Assembly: GCA_965644265.1 (NCBI GenBank)
Contig: OZ286460.1
Span: 96,286,001 to 96,350,000, forward strand
Reading direction: 5' to 3'
From: Glycera tridactyla
Lineage: Eukaryota
Length of the DNA stretch: 64,000 nt
Shown here one piece after another: positions 48,198 through 59,770 of the stretch (position 1 is the first letter of the stretch; each line of letters begins with the position of its first letter). A model generated the notes under the pieces. That model was not told where the DNA came from and made no database searches. It was given only the letters and a program-made list of their open reading frames with translations. Position numbers and translations under genes: made by a program.

Positions 48198-49745
48198 NNN
48201 NNNNNNNNNNNNNNNNNNNNNNNNNNNNNNNNNNNNNNNNNNNNNNNNNNNNNNNNNNNNNNNNNNNNNNNNNNNNNNNNNNNNNNNNNNNNNNNNNNNN
48301 NNNNNNNNNNNNNNNNNNNNNNNNNNNNNNNNNNNNNNNNNNNNNNNNNNNNNNNCTGTTTAAATTTGACTGGGATTGATAATCAGTACAGGGGACGTTT
48401 ATCCCTCCCCGGGGAGCGCGGCTCGACGAGCCGCCGTGAGTTTCGCTTCTGTAGGTCTAGACACAGAGCCGGCTGGTCGACCTATACTTTGAAACGTAAG
48501 GTGAATTATTTGCGCGCTCTTTCAACAAGAACACTTTATTTTGCCCTTTCTTGATTGCAGTTTCATGCCTCTTCCAGGTGGATTTAGAATTAGTCAGATG
48601 AACGTCACATTGGCCACCAATATGGATTCTGTGTGGCTTTTAACTGTGCAATTTTACCGAGTTTTGCCCTCTATTCCATTATCGCTCACCCAGCAACGCG
48701 TAAACAATAACACCTGGGTCGACTGACGGACTCGCCAACTGAGTGCCGGTTTTTGCTGGTCGATTGACCGCCACCTGTCATTGTCAGATTCTGTCGAAAG
48801 GAGCTTCATTTTCATTCGGAATCAGCATGAAGTTATTTATAATTCATTTTTCATCATTCATCATTGTGAGGGAATTGCCATTTTAATCAGGTCTGGCTCT
48901 GAACGTATTTTTATGTGCTGAGATACAGCTTCTGGTAAGACAAATGCGAGTGGTCGCGCCCAAATTTGTATCGCGATCGTCATAACGAATTCAATTCAGT
49001 TCATATCGAATGAATTGATGGGCGCACAGCGTGAACCTGCGGGCGCCGCCGAATTCGACCTCCAATCTACCAGCGAAACCCAGAGTTGCAGACATCTAAC
49101 ACAAGATGGCGGCCCGAAATACACAAGAAATTCGAACATGCTGATTTAAATCCTCATTTGTTCAAAAATGGCACATAGGATCGAAAATCGGCACGTGGAA
49201 TCGATGAAAAACATCCTAAAGGACATATGAATACATTCAATACAGCTGCCAGACATATAACAGCAATTGCGTAGAGGCTCAGACGTCTAATTTCGGCTGA
49301 TGTGGTCACCACTACTTGACTTTGAACCCTACTCACGTTATAAAAGCCATTTGGCGAGAGGAGAAAATGTAACACGAATCTGAATTGGCTAAAAGCGGCC
49401 AGAAGTGACTTCCGGCTCCTGTCTGCGGCACTTAAATTTACGTGCCGCACATAGTTTTACGCATGTGGCCATTATTCAATCATTCTAAGCAGAGATTGAA
49501 CCAACGATCGACGGGAATTTTGCTTCAGATAGATGCCAAACAATGTTTATTCATATCTAACCATCATTTACGATGGGAAAATGTTTATTAGTGATCAATG
49601 GTGATGTACAACAAATTATAGGTGGCGGCCAGTCGACCAGTGAAAATCGATGGTCAGTTGTCCATGAATCGTGTAGTTGAAGTTGCGTTCTACGCATGCA
49701 GGGTCACGGGGGATGCTTGATGGATCAGGGGGTGATGTCACTACT

Positions 49746-50222
49746 CAGGGTTCACACAGACTCTGGAAATGTTCTGAAAATCATTACCTATACTGGAAAT
49801 GTTCTGGAAAACATGTTTTCACCTTATTGTTCTGGAAAAATACTGGAATTTTGAGATTTGCACTCTGGAACTAGTACCTATGTTCTGGAGATAAACAAAA
49901 ACCTAGTACTTTCACTCATTTTTGCTGATTGACAGTGCACACTGTAGACATCAACAGTTCTGATAGATCTCAAAATGACCACCAAGATGTGCACATGAAA
50001 TATCGTGACCACCATCATGATGGAGAATTTCAGAAAACTCAGTGGTTCGTACTAACTCTAGTCACTGATGCTGCACATTCAAAATCACCATTAATTATGA
50101 GGCATTCATTTCAAAAACCATGAATTTATTGGTTGCGTGTGCTCTTGAATTTCATCATGGTGTACTGGAAATGTTCTGGAAAAACTCTGGAATTCTTTTG
50201 TAAGAACCTTGTATGAACCATG
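49746..50222. mobile_element. hAT-like MITE
   Basis: CAGGGTTCA...TGAACCATG ends, internal TCTGGAAA repeats, CTACT/TTACT flanks. Confidence 0.6.
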
Positions 50223-50405
50223 TTACTGCTCACCAGGTTGTGGACATCATGCCAATTGGGCGATGTTATTTGAAGGGCATCAGGCAATTGAAGGAGGGGG
50301 GTTCCCAGATGTTATCATTGTGCTGAAAATATTTAGATGAATCCGTGAATATTCTCGAGCACTGACCATAAATGCTTCAACTTCCACTGATAAAGATATA
50401 GAATG

Positions 50406-50542
50406 CCCCGAGTGCCGTGGCCGGGAAGGAGTTACGTGACGAGCAGCCTGTCCCGGGAAGGCACGAGTGGCCGCAGGCCACAAGTGCCTTCCCGGGGCAG
50501 GATGCGAGTCACGTAACTCCTTCCCGGCCACGGCACGAGGGG
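50406..50542 (+). repeat. 137-bp GC-rich near-perfect hairpin (related inverted copy about 52016-52135)
   Basis: Arms pair about the centre GCA at 50473-50475; mismatches are almost all tandem GA pairs. Confidence 0.85.
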
Positions 50543-51532
50543 TTTTCTTTATTCATCATCCGATAAATGGATAGAAGAATGTATTACCTTCAATGTGGTC
50601 TTTAGATTGTGAAAATCGAACCAGCGGTTGTTGAGTTACAGCGATTTTTCTCGAGGCATCTCTCCTAACGTTTGCCGTGACGCTATACAAATCGAACTCG
50701 CGACGCTGCCAGTTGACCTTTGACCGTGATTGTTCTTTGGCCAATCAGCGGTGGCGTGCAAGCGTCAGGGTGGTTATACCACTAGGAGTATACTATTCGA
50801 GGTTATACGATTGCTTCTTACGTACACGGTGAACGTCGATTATATACACGATACCCTCTCAATTGAATGATAACAATCATTTCTTGATGTTTTCATTGAC
50901 TATGAGATAACAATATGGGCGCTCATAGCACCTGAAGTACAATGTAGCAAGTTTGTTCAATTTCATTATTTCATCAATGCTCCCTCTTTTTGATCCCATC
51001 TATTTAAACATACTGTGACAAATCTAACAAAAAAAGATCATAAAAATCGGATCAATAGTTTCTGAGTTATTGCAGTTTTAGACATGTTAATTTCCACATT
51101 TCGTGAGAACCTGAAACATCTTGTTCAGACAGGTGTACAAAACTGGTCAAGAAGCCATCTTCAAACCTTCACTGTGAGGAGAATACTACATTTAGAGAAG
51201 ATTTTCAAGGCAAATCCAATTCTTCTCAACACAGATATGAGGATATTAACACACAAACTTGGAGTGAATCATGCCATGGGTTGAAATGTTGACTTCAAAA
51301 CTAGGTTTTTGTTCACTTTCACCAAGGTCCTGCCTTGTCATTGGTTTGAAATGTATTTTTTTCCCGAATATCTTTAAGGATAAAGGAGATAGACTTACTT
51401 TTTCCTTCAAATTGATGCTGGTACAGAGGAATATTTGAAGGGTGAGAATCAGAAGTTACCCAGGTGATCATTATCAAAAAACTAAATATTCAACCACAAA
51501 AATGTAACTATCAGAAGCATCACATACATATA

Positions 51533-51710
51533 CAGTCGAACCTCCTATAAAGACCACCTCTCTATAAAGACCACCTCCCTATAAAGACCACCCTGAGCTG
51601 CGACCGTTGTAGTATTTTCAACAGTAAATGACCTCCCTATAAAGACCACCTCCCTTTAAAGACCACTTTATGATGCAACCAAAGGCAGTCTTTATAGGGA
51701 GGTTCGACTG
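51533..51710. mobile_element. pogo/Tc1-type MITE
   Basis: TIR CAGTCGAACCTCC/GGAGGTTCGACTG, TA TSD, repeated TAAAGACCACC motifs. Confidence 0.85.
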
Positions 51711-52179
51711 TATTTTTTCTTTCAACTTTGTGCATGATGAGCAAAGAGAATCTATTCTGTCTGTGAATCAAAGTTTAAAAGAGGGAGATTATGGAGAATA
51801 ATGATTTTCAAAATTTAACCAAAATATATATTAAAAATTCAAAATTTTATTCTCATGATTTAACTGTGTGAAAGTTTGGAAACCTACATTCTTTCTGTTC
51901 CATTCACATCTTTATTCATGACCAAGATAGATAATCAAAATTTGAAACTTCAAAAATCCACCACCACCACTCACTAATCTTGGTAAACTGCATTAGAGAT
52001 GATGAATTCAGGATGCCCCTCGTGTCGGGCACGGGCCGGCCATGCCCGCCTCGTAGCCTGCCCCAGACAGGCACTCTTGCCTGTCCTGGGCAGGCTACTC
52101 GGCAGTTACGTCCTGCCTGTACCTGGCATTCTGGCATTCTTCATAATTACCAGGATGCAACTTTGCTTGTTCTTTCAGG

Positions 52180-54098
52180 ATGTGGGGCCCATCTAGTATG
52201 AGCGGGGCTCAAGGAGCTGTTAATGGTGAGACAGAGGAGTTGTGCCTGATGGACTGTGGATTGACGTCACTGACAGCTATTGCCCTTCCAGCATCATTAC
52301 GTTCACTCAATGTCCATTGCAATCAGATAACCAGGATCACTGGACTGTCCCACCTGGGCCATCTCACGCATCTTGATCTTTCCTCCAACCAAATTTCTCG
52401 TATGGAAGGTCTATCATTTCTTTCTTCGTTACGAACGCTCAATCTTGCATGTAATCTCATCACAGTTGTGGAGGGCCTACAGGACCTGAAATCATTAGTC
52501 AAAGTGAACCTGTCATTCAATCAGATCGTGAATGTAGACGGATTTCGTGTGATTCAGGACTCATCGTATAGACTGAGCCATATTGAGCTGCATGGCAATT
52601 ATATTGAGTCGGTAGAGCATCTGACACAGTGTCTTCACGAGTGTGACAATCTGCGTCATTTGACGTTGTCGCAGAGTGGCGCTGATAATCCAGTGTGTTC
52701 TCGTCTCGATTACCGCCAGCATGTCCTCCAGCAGCTCCCATACATACAAGTATTGGACGGGCTTGATCGCCATGGGCATCCAGTGGTTGCTGATGATGTC
52801 TTGGCTGATATCCCTGGTTTGGATCAGTATCTTGAATACCTTACATCAAGTAGTAACCCAGAACAGAATCCGATTGCAATGGCAACACCCAGAATAGATG
52901 CGGTACTGCGTATGTTCAAAGAGCAAGGTGCAACAACTCCAGAATTGACCAGTAATACTGAATTAGATACCAGTCATCACAGCAATTCTGGTGAGCAACG
53001 TGATCAAAAACCTCGCACCGATCATGACATACGACTGGAGAATTTGGAGAAACAGTTAGCTGATATATTAGCAACCAAAAAGCATGACAATGTGAAAAAT
53101 GTGAAAAGCCGACATCAGCCCAGAGTGTTCAACCATGTGCGACCTAAACATGATATTGATGTTACGGATGAAAGTGATGAGGATAATTCGGGTCCAGAAC
53201 GACCTCGATCAGCAAGACGAATTCCCACTTATCAGCGACAAACAGCTGCATCAAGGAAACGTGAGAATCAGAGTAAAGCCACCCCAAGTAGTGATAAAAA
53301 CATCAAGGTTGTAGGAAAAACATACACGCCAACTTCCAGCAGTAGCAAGACATCATTGAGTGCCCAGAAGATGAAAAGAACGCCTACCTCCGTAGCTGCT
53401 GATCAGCAGAAACGGGATGAATTGCAGTCAACATATGTCACCCTGATGGAACAATTGGAGAATGAACGTGAAAGGAGGTGGAAGGCAGAACAGGCAGCCA
53501 AAAAACTGGTTGATCATGTAAAAGAGTTACATTCTAAAGCACAAGAGGAGAAAAATCTGAATGAAGTGGCCGTGGAGTCATCAAAGCGATTGAAGGAATT
53601 ACTAACCAATGAGAAAGAAGCAAAGTTGAGACTGCAAGCTGAGCTAGAGGTTACACATGAAGAGTTGAAATCAGTAGCATCGCGCTTTGAAACATCACAA
53701 AAATCAGGCGATGAGCAGCAGAGTGCATTACGTGCAGCACAAGATACCATGGCCCGTATGGAGCGAGAACGTCTACAACAAGAGGCGCATCAAGCACGAA
53801 AAATCCAGGAAACTCAGGCCAAAGCAGCAGTATTGACGCGAGAATTGGAAATTGTCAGGAGTCAAGTGACCAGCTTGAAAGGCCAGGTGCAACAGCTTCA
53901 AGAGTTACTCGCTAATCGTGAGCAAGAGCACAGGCAAGAGCTGTCCTCTAGATACAAGCTTGATAGTGTGGAGCTCAAGGAAGCCATGAGAGAGGAGCGA
54001 GCTCGCATCGAGAAAGTCCACGCCGATGAGTTACGTGTGCAGCAGCAACGCATAGACGCCTTATCAAAACAATATTCTGATCTAGAGGATGAGTTCAG
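52180..54098 (+). CDS. LRRCC1: LRRCC1 large first coding exon
   Basis: 640-aa ORF after acceptor TTTCAG at 52178; donor AG|gtaggt. Confidence 0.95.
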
Positions 54099-57000
54099 GT
54101 AGGTCTCTGTATACCTTCTGAGCTTCCTGTTTTTTCAAATTGTCAGAGTTCAATGTTATGAATAGTTAGTCCAAAGCTGTGCTACAGGACAAATATAAAA
54201 CAGGTAGTTTCGCTGGTGATGATTCACTATACTGTATTGTGTTCAGATTCAAATTTGCTATATTGATGTTCAGATGCATTGTCTTTTAAAATTGATATGC
54301 TGTAGATAGTTCCCATTTTTCATTTCTTTCTGTTTGATGAATGAATTTTTTTGCTAATTTGAAGAAAGAAATCTTTGGACCTTTGTTTGGGCACCATCTC
54401 ATTGCAGTAAACTCCTCCCAATTTTCTTTTCTTGATTTGAGACATATTGAGGTCATGCAATCATCCTAAAGTGATGACCTCATTGACCAGTTGCATGTTG
54501 ATTATAAGGGGAGTGGGGTTAATACATTAGGTGATGAAAGGTATTATGGCACAAATTATCTTGTGACCAATAGTTAGTCTGGGTGTGCCACTACCCAGTA
54601 GCACACCCACCACACAATGGCGGACTGGAAACACATCTGGCCGGAGAGATGTGCCTCGCTATTAAAGGTCTCTGATTAAGCTCTGTCTGGTGGAGTACAA
54701 TTTTCATCTGCCCTCCTCCACATTTTCTTATGCCCCTTTAGAATTACAGTTGAACCTGTATTAAACAATCACTGTATTCAGCAACCACTTTCTCATATCC
54801 AGCTGGATTATTTATCACTCTATCTCACCTGTATTTATCAACCACCTGTCTTAAGCAACCGATTCTTAATTTCCCAAGGGTTGTTGCTCAATACAGGTCC
54901 TGCTGTATGAACCATGTCGGGTTATTGACCTGTATATTGGGCAGGCACACCATTCAAGGTACCTGCCCTAACAGTCCATTTGACCATTTGTGCCAGTGGG
55001 GCAGGCCTTTACAGAGAGCCCTGAATACATGTATTCTTTTTCTCATGATTTTCAGGTTAGCACTGACGATCGAAGCTAATCGATTTAAGGAGATGCAGAC
55101 AGCGTTTGAGAATCTGAGTGAAGAAGCAGCCAGCACTAAGGCAGCATTACTGGCAGCTCACAATAAAGAAGAGAAAACTGCTACTGTTCTCACAGAACTC
55201 ACCTCTCTAGTTAAGGAACAGAAAGGTATGATGATCAGTGATGTCACCAAGATGAAACTAAATTTTCAGAAATACAGTTACATTTTCTTAAAATACTCCC
55301 AAATATTCTCAAACCTATCAACTCTGAAACTCTCGAGCAGATTTTAGCAATTTCTTGATTAAAATTCTTTAACCAATTTTCGGATTTCCCCAAAAAATTC
55401 AGAAAATTTGCACCACTGTAGTCATATGCTTCTACTTTGTTACTAGAGTGAATTAACCCCACGTATGTTTGGTTAGGAGTGTGATTTCATCAAGACAATG
55501 ATCAGATCTTTCTATCAGAAGAAAGATAAAGGATATGGGATATTAGCCAGTCCCTAAAAGTCTTATGATAAGGATGCAATGTTCCTTGCTGAGCCTTAGT
55601 AGTTGGTATCAACTGTTGATGTTCTTCTTGAGAGTGGTGCCAATCATATTGTGTTCCGGGGTCGAGGAAGTGATGCCTGCATGTGACAGTATCCAATTTT
55701 CATAGACCAAGAATAGATAGCAGACAATCCTCTGGTGTGATGCATGTTGTTGAACCTCAAAGAAACCAGAACAAATTACCCATGTGAATGCTGCTCTATT
55801 AGACAGGAACTTGAAGTGGAATAGTGGGAGAAATTCTTCATGTCTAGTTTCCCTTTTTGCTCAAACAAGTATTATGCCAGAACTACTAACTGTACATGCT
55901 TATTCTATCCATGCATTTCATTTGTCAAACAGGCAGAATAACAGAATTAACGCGTTGTAAACAGGAGCAAAGCACGGAGCACCGAGATCGCATAGAAACA
56001 CTGGAGCTGCATCTTGAAGAAGCAAGGAAGAGAATGGTGCAGTTTGAACTTCTGAAGCAAGAAAAGGTAAAACAGAATTAAACTCCAGGGCTCAGTAGTC
56101 ACCTTCAGCAGAGAAAGGCTCAGTGGTATTTTTTGCACAAATGCCATCTGTTTTTATCTCAGTGATGGTTATTTTTCTTGCATGCCAATTTTGTCTTACA
56201 ATATGTCATTCCAATTTATTGCAAATATCATCATTCTCTCATAATTGGCATCATTGTGGCTTCTGGATGGTTTTCATCAATGTTTTTGAAGAGTGAAACC
56301 TCTTGGTCAGGCTGTTTTTGGAGATCCCACCGAGAAACGGACAACCTCAGTATGACCCATGTATCTGGGATGATGTTTCAAATAAATGGAAGAAATAGGC
56401 TGGCTAGTGTGGCCAGGTGACAACTACCAGGGGAACAGAATAGACAATGTCATTCAAGTGCATAAATTGGCCTTTCTGGTGGGTCCATCCAGAAATAGGG
56501 GGGGGGGGGGGGTCCTATCAGGTTTATAGGGGCCAATCGCCCTGGATTAGACACTGAGTGGGGTAGTATGATGCTTCAACTCATTGTGCTAGGGACAGTA
56601 AGAAACTCTGTGATTCTTGCCTGTACCTTTAATTGAATCTCCGGAAGTAATTTTACAAAATTATGGCCCCCGTCAGTCTTATGCGAACTGGGCCACTATC
56701 CGTCAACAGGGAGGCTCAGCTGTGTGTAGGGCTGGGTCGAAACACATTAGTCACGAAATGAAACATTTCTAGAAACGCACCTCACAAAATGAATGACGAA
56801 AAAACACCACTCAACCCTCCTTTAGGTATCCGGCATGGTCCTTCCCAGTGTGAGTTGCACCCCTATTCTGGTGGTCTTGCATCATGGCCCAACTACAGTC
56901 GAACCTGTCTATAAAGACCGCCCTCGGTCGCATTGAAAAGTGGTCTTTATATGCAGGTGGTTTTTATAGAGAGGTCATTTACTATTGAAAATACTACCGC

Positions 57001-59582
57001 GGTCGCACTCAGGGTGGTCTTTATGGAGAGGTGATCTTTATAGAGAGGTGGTCTATAGAGCAGGTACTATCAAATATAGACATGTCTGATAGAAAGTTCA
57101 TCAAATCGACATCATTTGCGCTCTCCGCCACGGGTTTTCTAAACAGGATGTATTTTCATTTCATATCAATGTTGAATTAGATGATGAAAAAAAAACTATA
57201 GGTTCACATCATGGTAATCTTGAATTTGTTGACGAGATTATTCGCAATTGACTGCATTTTGATTGGCATCCTTAAGCATGTGACTTGATTTTTTTCCTTC
57301 ACTCAAGTCGATCATATTTATTGGTATTTTTGTGTACTCATCAGCCAAGTTTTGCCCCATGCTTTATCCTGTAGTTTAATTCGTCAGTGTTGACAGGCTG
57401 GGAAATCTGTTGTTTGTAACGAGATGTTTTTCCTCTGTAGGTAAAAATAACAGCAGAACTGCAGGCACAGAACTCAGTGATTGAGGGCTTGAGAATGGAA
57501 CGCAAAGTCTGGGGTGAAGAGTTGGCGCAGCAGGGATCAAGTTTAGCCGCTGATCGGGGACGTATGGAAGCGAAAATAGCATCACAAACTGCTGAGATCA
57601 ACAACCTCAACAAGCAGCTCCGTCAGGAGACGGATGCTGTCCGGATAAAAACGAAAGTTATCGATGATCAGACTGAGACAATAAGGAAATTGAAGGAGGG
57701 TCTGGTTGAGCGCGATAATGATGTAAGGTCTGCAAGAGAAGAGAACTTGCGAATCCAGCGTTCCCTCGAGGACCAACTGGCCTCAGAGGCATCCAACTAC
57801 CAAGACCTGCAGGTAAGACACAAGTTACTCAGTGCTGTCAGAGTTTATGGCACAAAGCTTTTCCTGGAGAAAATGCATGGTAATATTTTGTGTTCAATAA
57901 GAATTGGTACCTACTCTAAGAAAGTATTCATCAGAAATTATTTCGATTGATCAATTGATCATAATTAATGTTCAGTCAACACTTTTGATGACATAGGGTA
58001 TGATGACAGACATGACTTTTGAAGTGGAGAAGCATGAGTTCACCAATGAAGAGTTTTAAGATGCTAGCGAGTGAAAAACAAATATATGTGAGAAAGTGGT
58101 GAATTGGATATGTTTGTCCAAATAGTGATTTTGATTTGAATTGGAAATCTTTTATTAGAACTTATTTATAGGAGTTTCCAGTGAAGCTGGACTTTTAACA
58201 TTTCAATGAAAATCACATGATCTGAATCTCTAAAATAAAATTGGCTTGTTCATTGAAACGTTTTCATGTTTGACGCTGTATAAATTGCTCCTTCAAATTC
58301 TGTTCAAGTGCCTCATTTTCAAGGATGTAATTGGCTCACAACAAAAAACCCTGAAAATCTGACCGGGGGTTATTCCCACCAAGATTTTGTGGACAAAGAA
58401 ACTTAGCAATTGCTAACTACTGTCTTCTATAACTGCATATGAACTTTTAGCTCTATAATCCGAAATAATTAGCATAAAATGCTCTTTGTGTCATATGCAT
58501 GCATTTGAGATCAGAAACCCGGAAATTACGGATCTGCAGAACAATCGCATCCCTGCTCATTTATTTATCAGTTTACATGCCCACTTATTTCCTGTCAAAT
58601 TTGTCTCCACTGAAGGACGAATTTTCAATTTACATGTGGAGGATTGTGACGTAACAATGCTTCCCCTGCGATGTCATATTCGATTTTGTAGTCGTGGCAT
58701 CCAGTAATAGATTCGCGTAATCTCACACCCCCCTATCTCACTCAGAATGACTCAGTCATGGGAGAAGATGCAAGTCTATAATGATGCTGGTATTCTAACT
58801 CATGGCTGTCGTAAAAGGCTTGGCGAGCTAAATGTGTTTTTTACAAATGTTACGAGTATGAATAAAGAGTTTTGAATTCTTGACTGTCTGTCTGTCCTGT
58901 AATACAGCATGATATTTTAGCATAAAGATTCGCCTAAAATATTTTCTGTTAGGCTACACTTGGTAATTATTGGCACTCACATTCTGGAAATGAGTTAAAC
59001 ATGAGCACATGTATTTTGCCCCATGACCTTTCTAATGTGACCCGTAGCTGCTGATTTCCACTTCATACATGTATAACCATTTTGCAGGAACGCTATGAGC
59101 GTGCTCGCATGAGGAAAGAAGAACTGAAACAACAAGTGGAGGAGCTTGAAGAAGCACTTGACGAATCAAAGAGAACACAGACAGCTACGGAGAATAAATG
59201 GAAAGAAAGATCTTCAGCCATCTCCCAACTCGAGAAGCAAGTGTCAGCCACTAAATCATCCTGGCAGCAGAAGGAGACTAAACTCACTCATGAACGCGAT
59301 CGTGCTATCGATGCAGCCAAAATTGCAGTCGAGAAAATCCGTGCCATGGATGATGCATTCCGTCGTCAACTGGATGCTAAAGTGGAGAGTCATCAGCAGG
59401 AAATGGAACGTCTAGCCGAGGAGAAACAAGAAGAAATTGATGCTGCCAACAAACATATCATCGAAGTGGAGGAAGAGATGAGAGAGCTTCTACATGAGAC
59501 GGCAAAAAACAAACAGGCAATGGAGCAGCGACTCAGGAATTTATCGCAAGCATTTGCTGATCTTCAACAGGGTATTTCATGA
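52180..59582 (+). CDS. LRRCC1: Leucine-rich repeat and coiled-coil domain-containing protein 1 (centrosomal CLERC), about 1029 aa, 5 coding exons
   Basis: Exons 52180-54098, 55056-55225, 55933-56066, 57441-57812, 59088-59582 join in frame (3090 nt). The N-terminus ELCLMDCGL...LNVHCNQI...LTHLDLSSNQISRMEGL...LNLACNLITVVEGL...DNPVC..YRQHVLQQLP matches recalled human LRRCC1; long coiled-coil C-terminus. Start could be 52180 or 52198. Confidence 0.93.
55056..55225 (+). CDS. LRRCC1: LRRCC1 exon
   Basis: LALTIEANRFKEMQTAFENL...SLVKEQK. Confidence 0.92.
55933..56066 (+). CDS. LRRCC1: LRRCC1 exon
   Basis: GRITELTRCKQEQ...LLKQEK. Confidence 0.92.
56896..57066. mobile_element. pogo/Tc1-type MITE
   Basis: TA-CAGTCGAACCTG start with GGTGGTCTTTAT repeats. 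Confidence 0.7.
57441..57812 (+). CDS. LRRCC1: LRRCC1 exon
   Basis: VKITAELQAQNSVIEGLRMERKVWGEELAQQGSSLAADRGR...YQDLQ. Confidence 0.93.
59088..59582 (+). CDS. LRRCC1: LRRCC1 terminal exon
   Basis: ERYERARMRKEELK...AMDDAFRRQL...EMRELL...FADLQQGIS*. Confidence 0.93.
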   Translation, partial: ERYERARMRKEELKQQVEELEEALDESKRTQTATENKWKERSSAISQLEKQVSATKSSWQQKETKLTHERDRAIDAAKIAVEKIRAMDDAFRRQLDAKVESHQQEMERLAEEKQEEIDAANKHIIEVEEEMRELLHETAKNKQAMEQRLRNLSQAFADLQQGIS

Positions 59583-59690
59583 ATATATTAGGTGCAATGA
59601 CACACCGATCACATGTGGGATCTATCAGAGAGCTGGGAAAGATATATATATATATTACATGTAGTTGTTTATATTATAGACCACATTTAG

Positions 59691-59739
59691 TTTTTACCTC
59701 GCCTCAACGAAGTTGAAGAGAGGTATTGTCCTCGCATCA

Positions 59740-59770
<31 letters not shown>

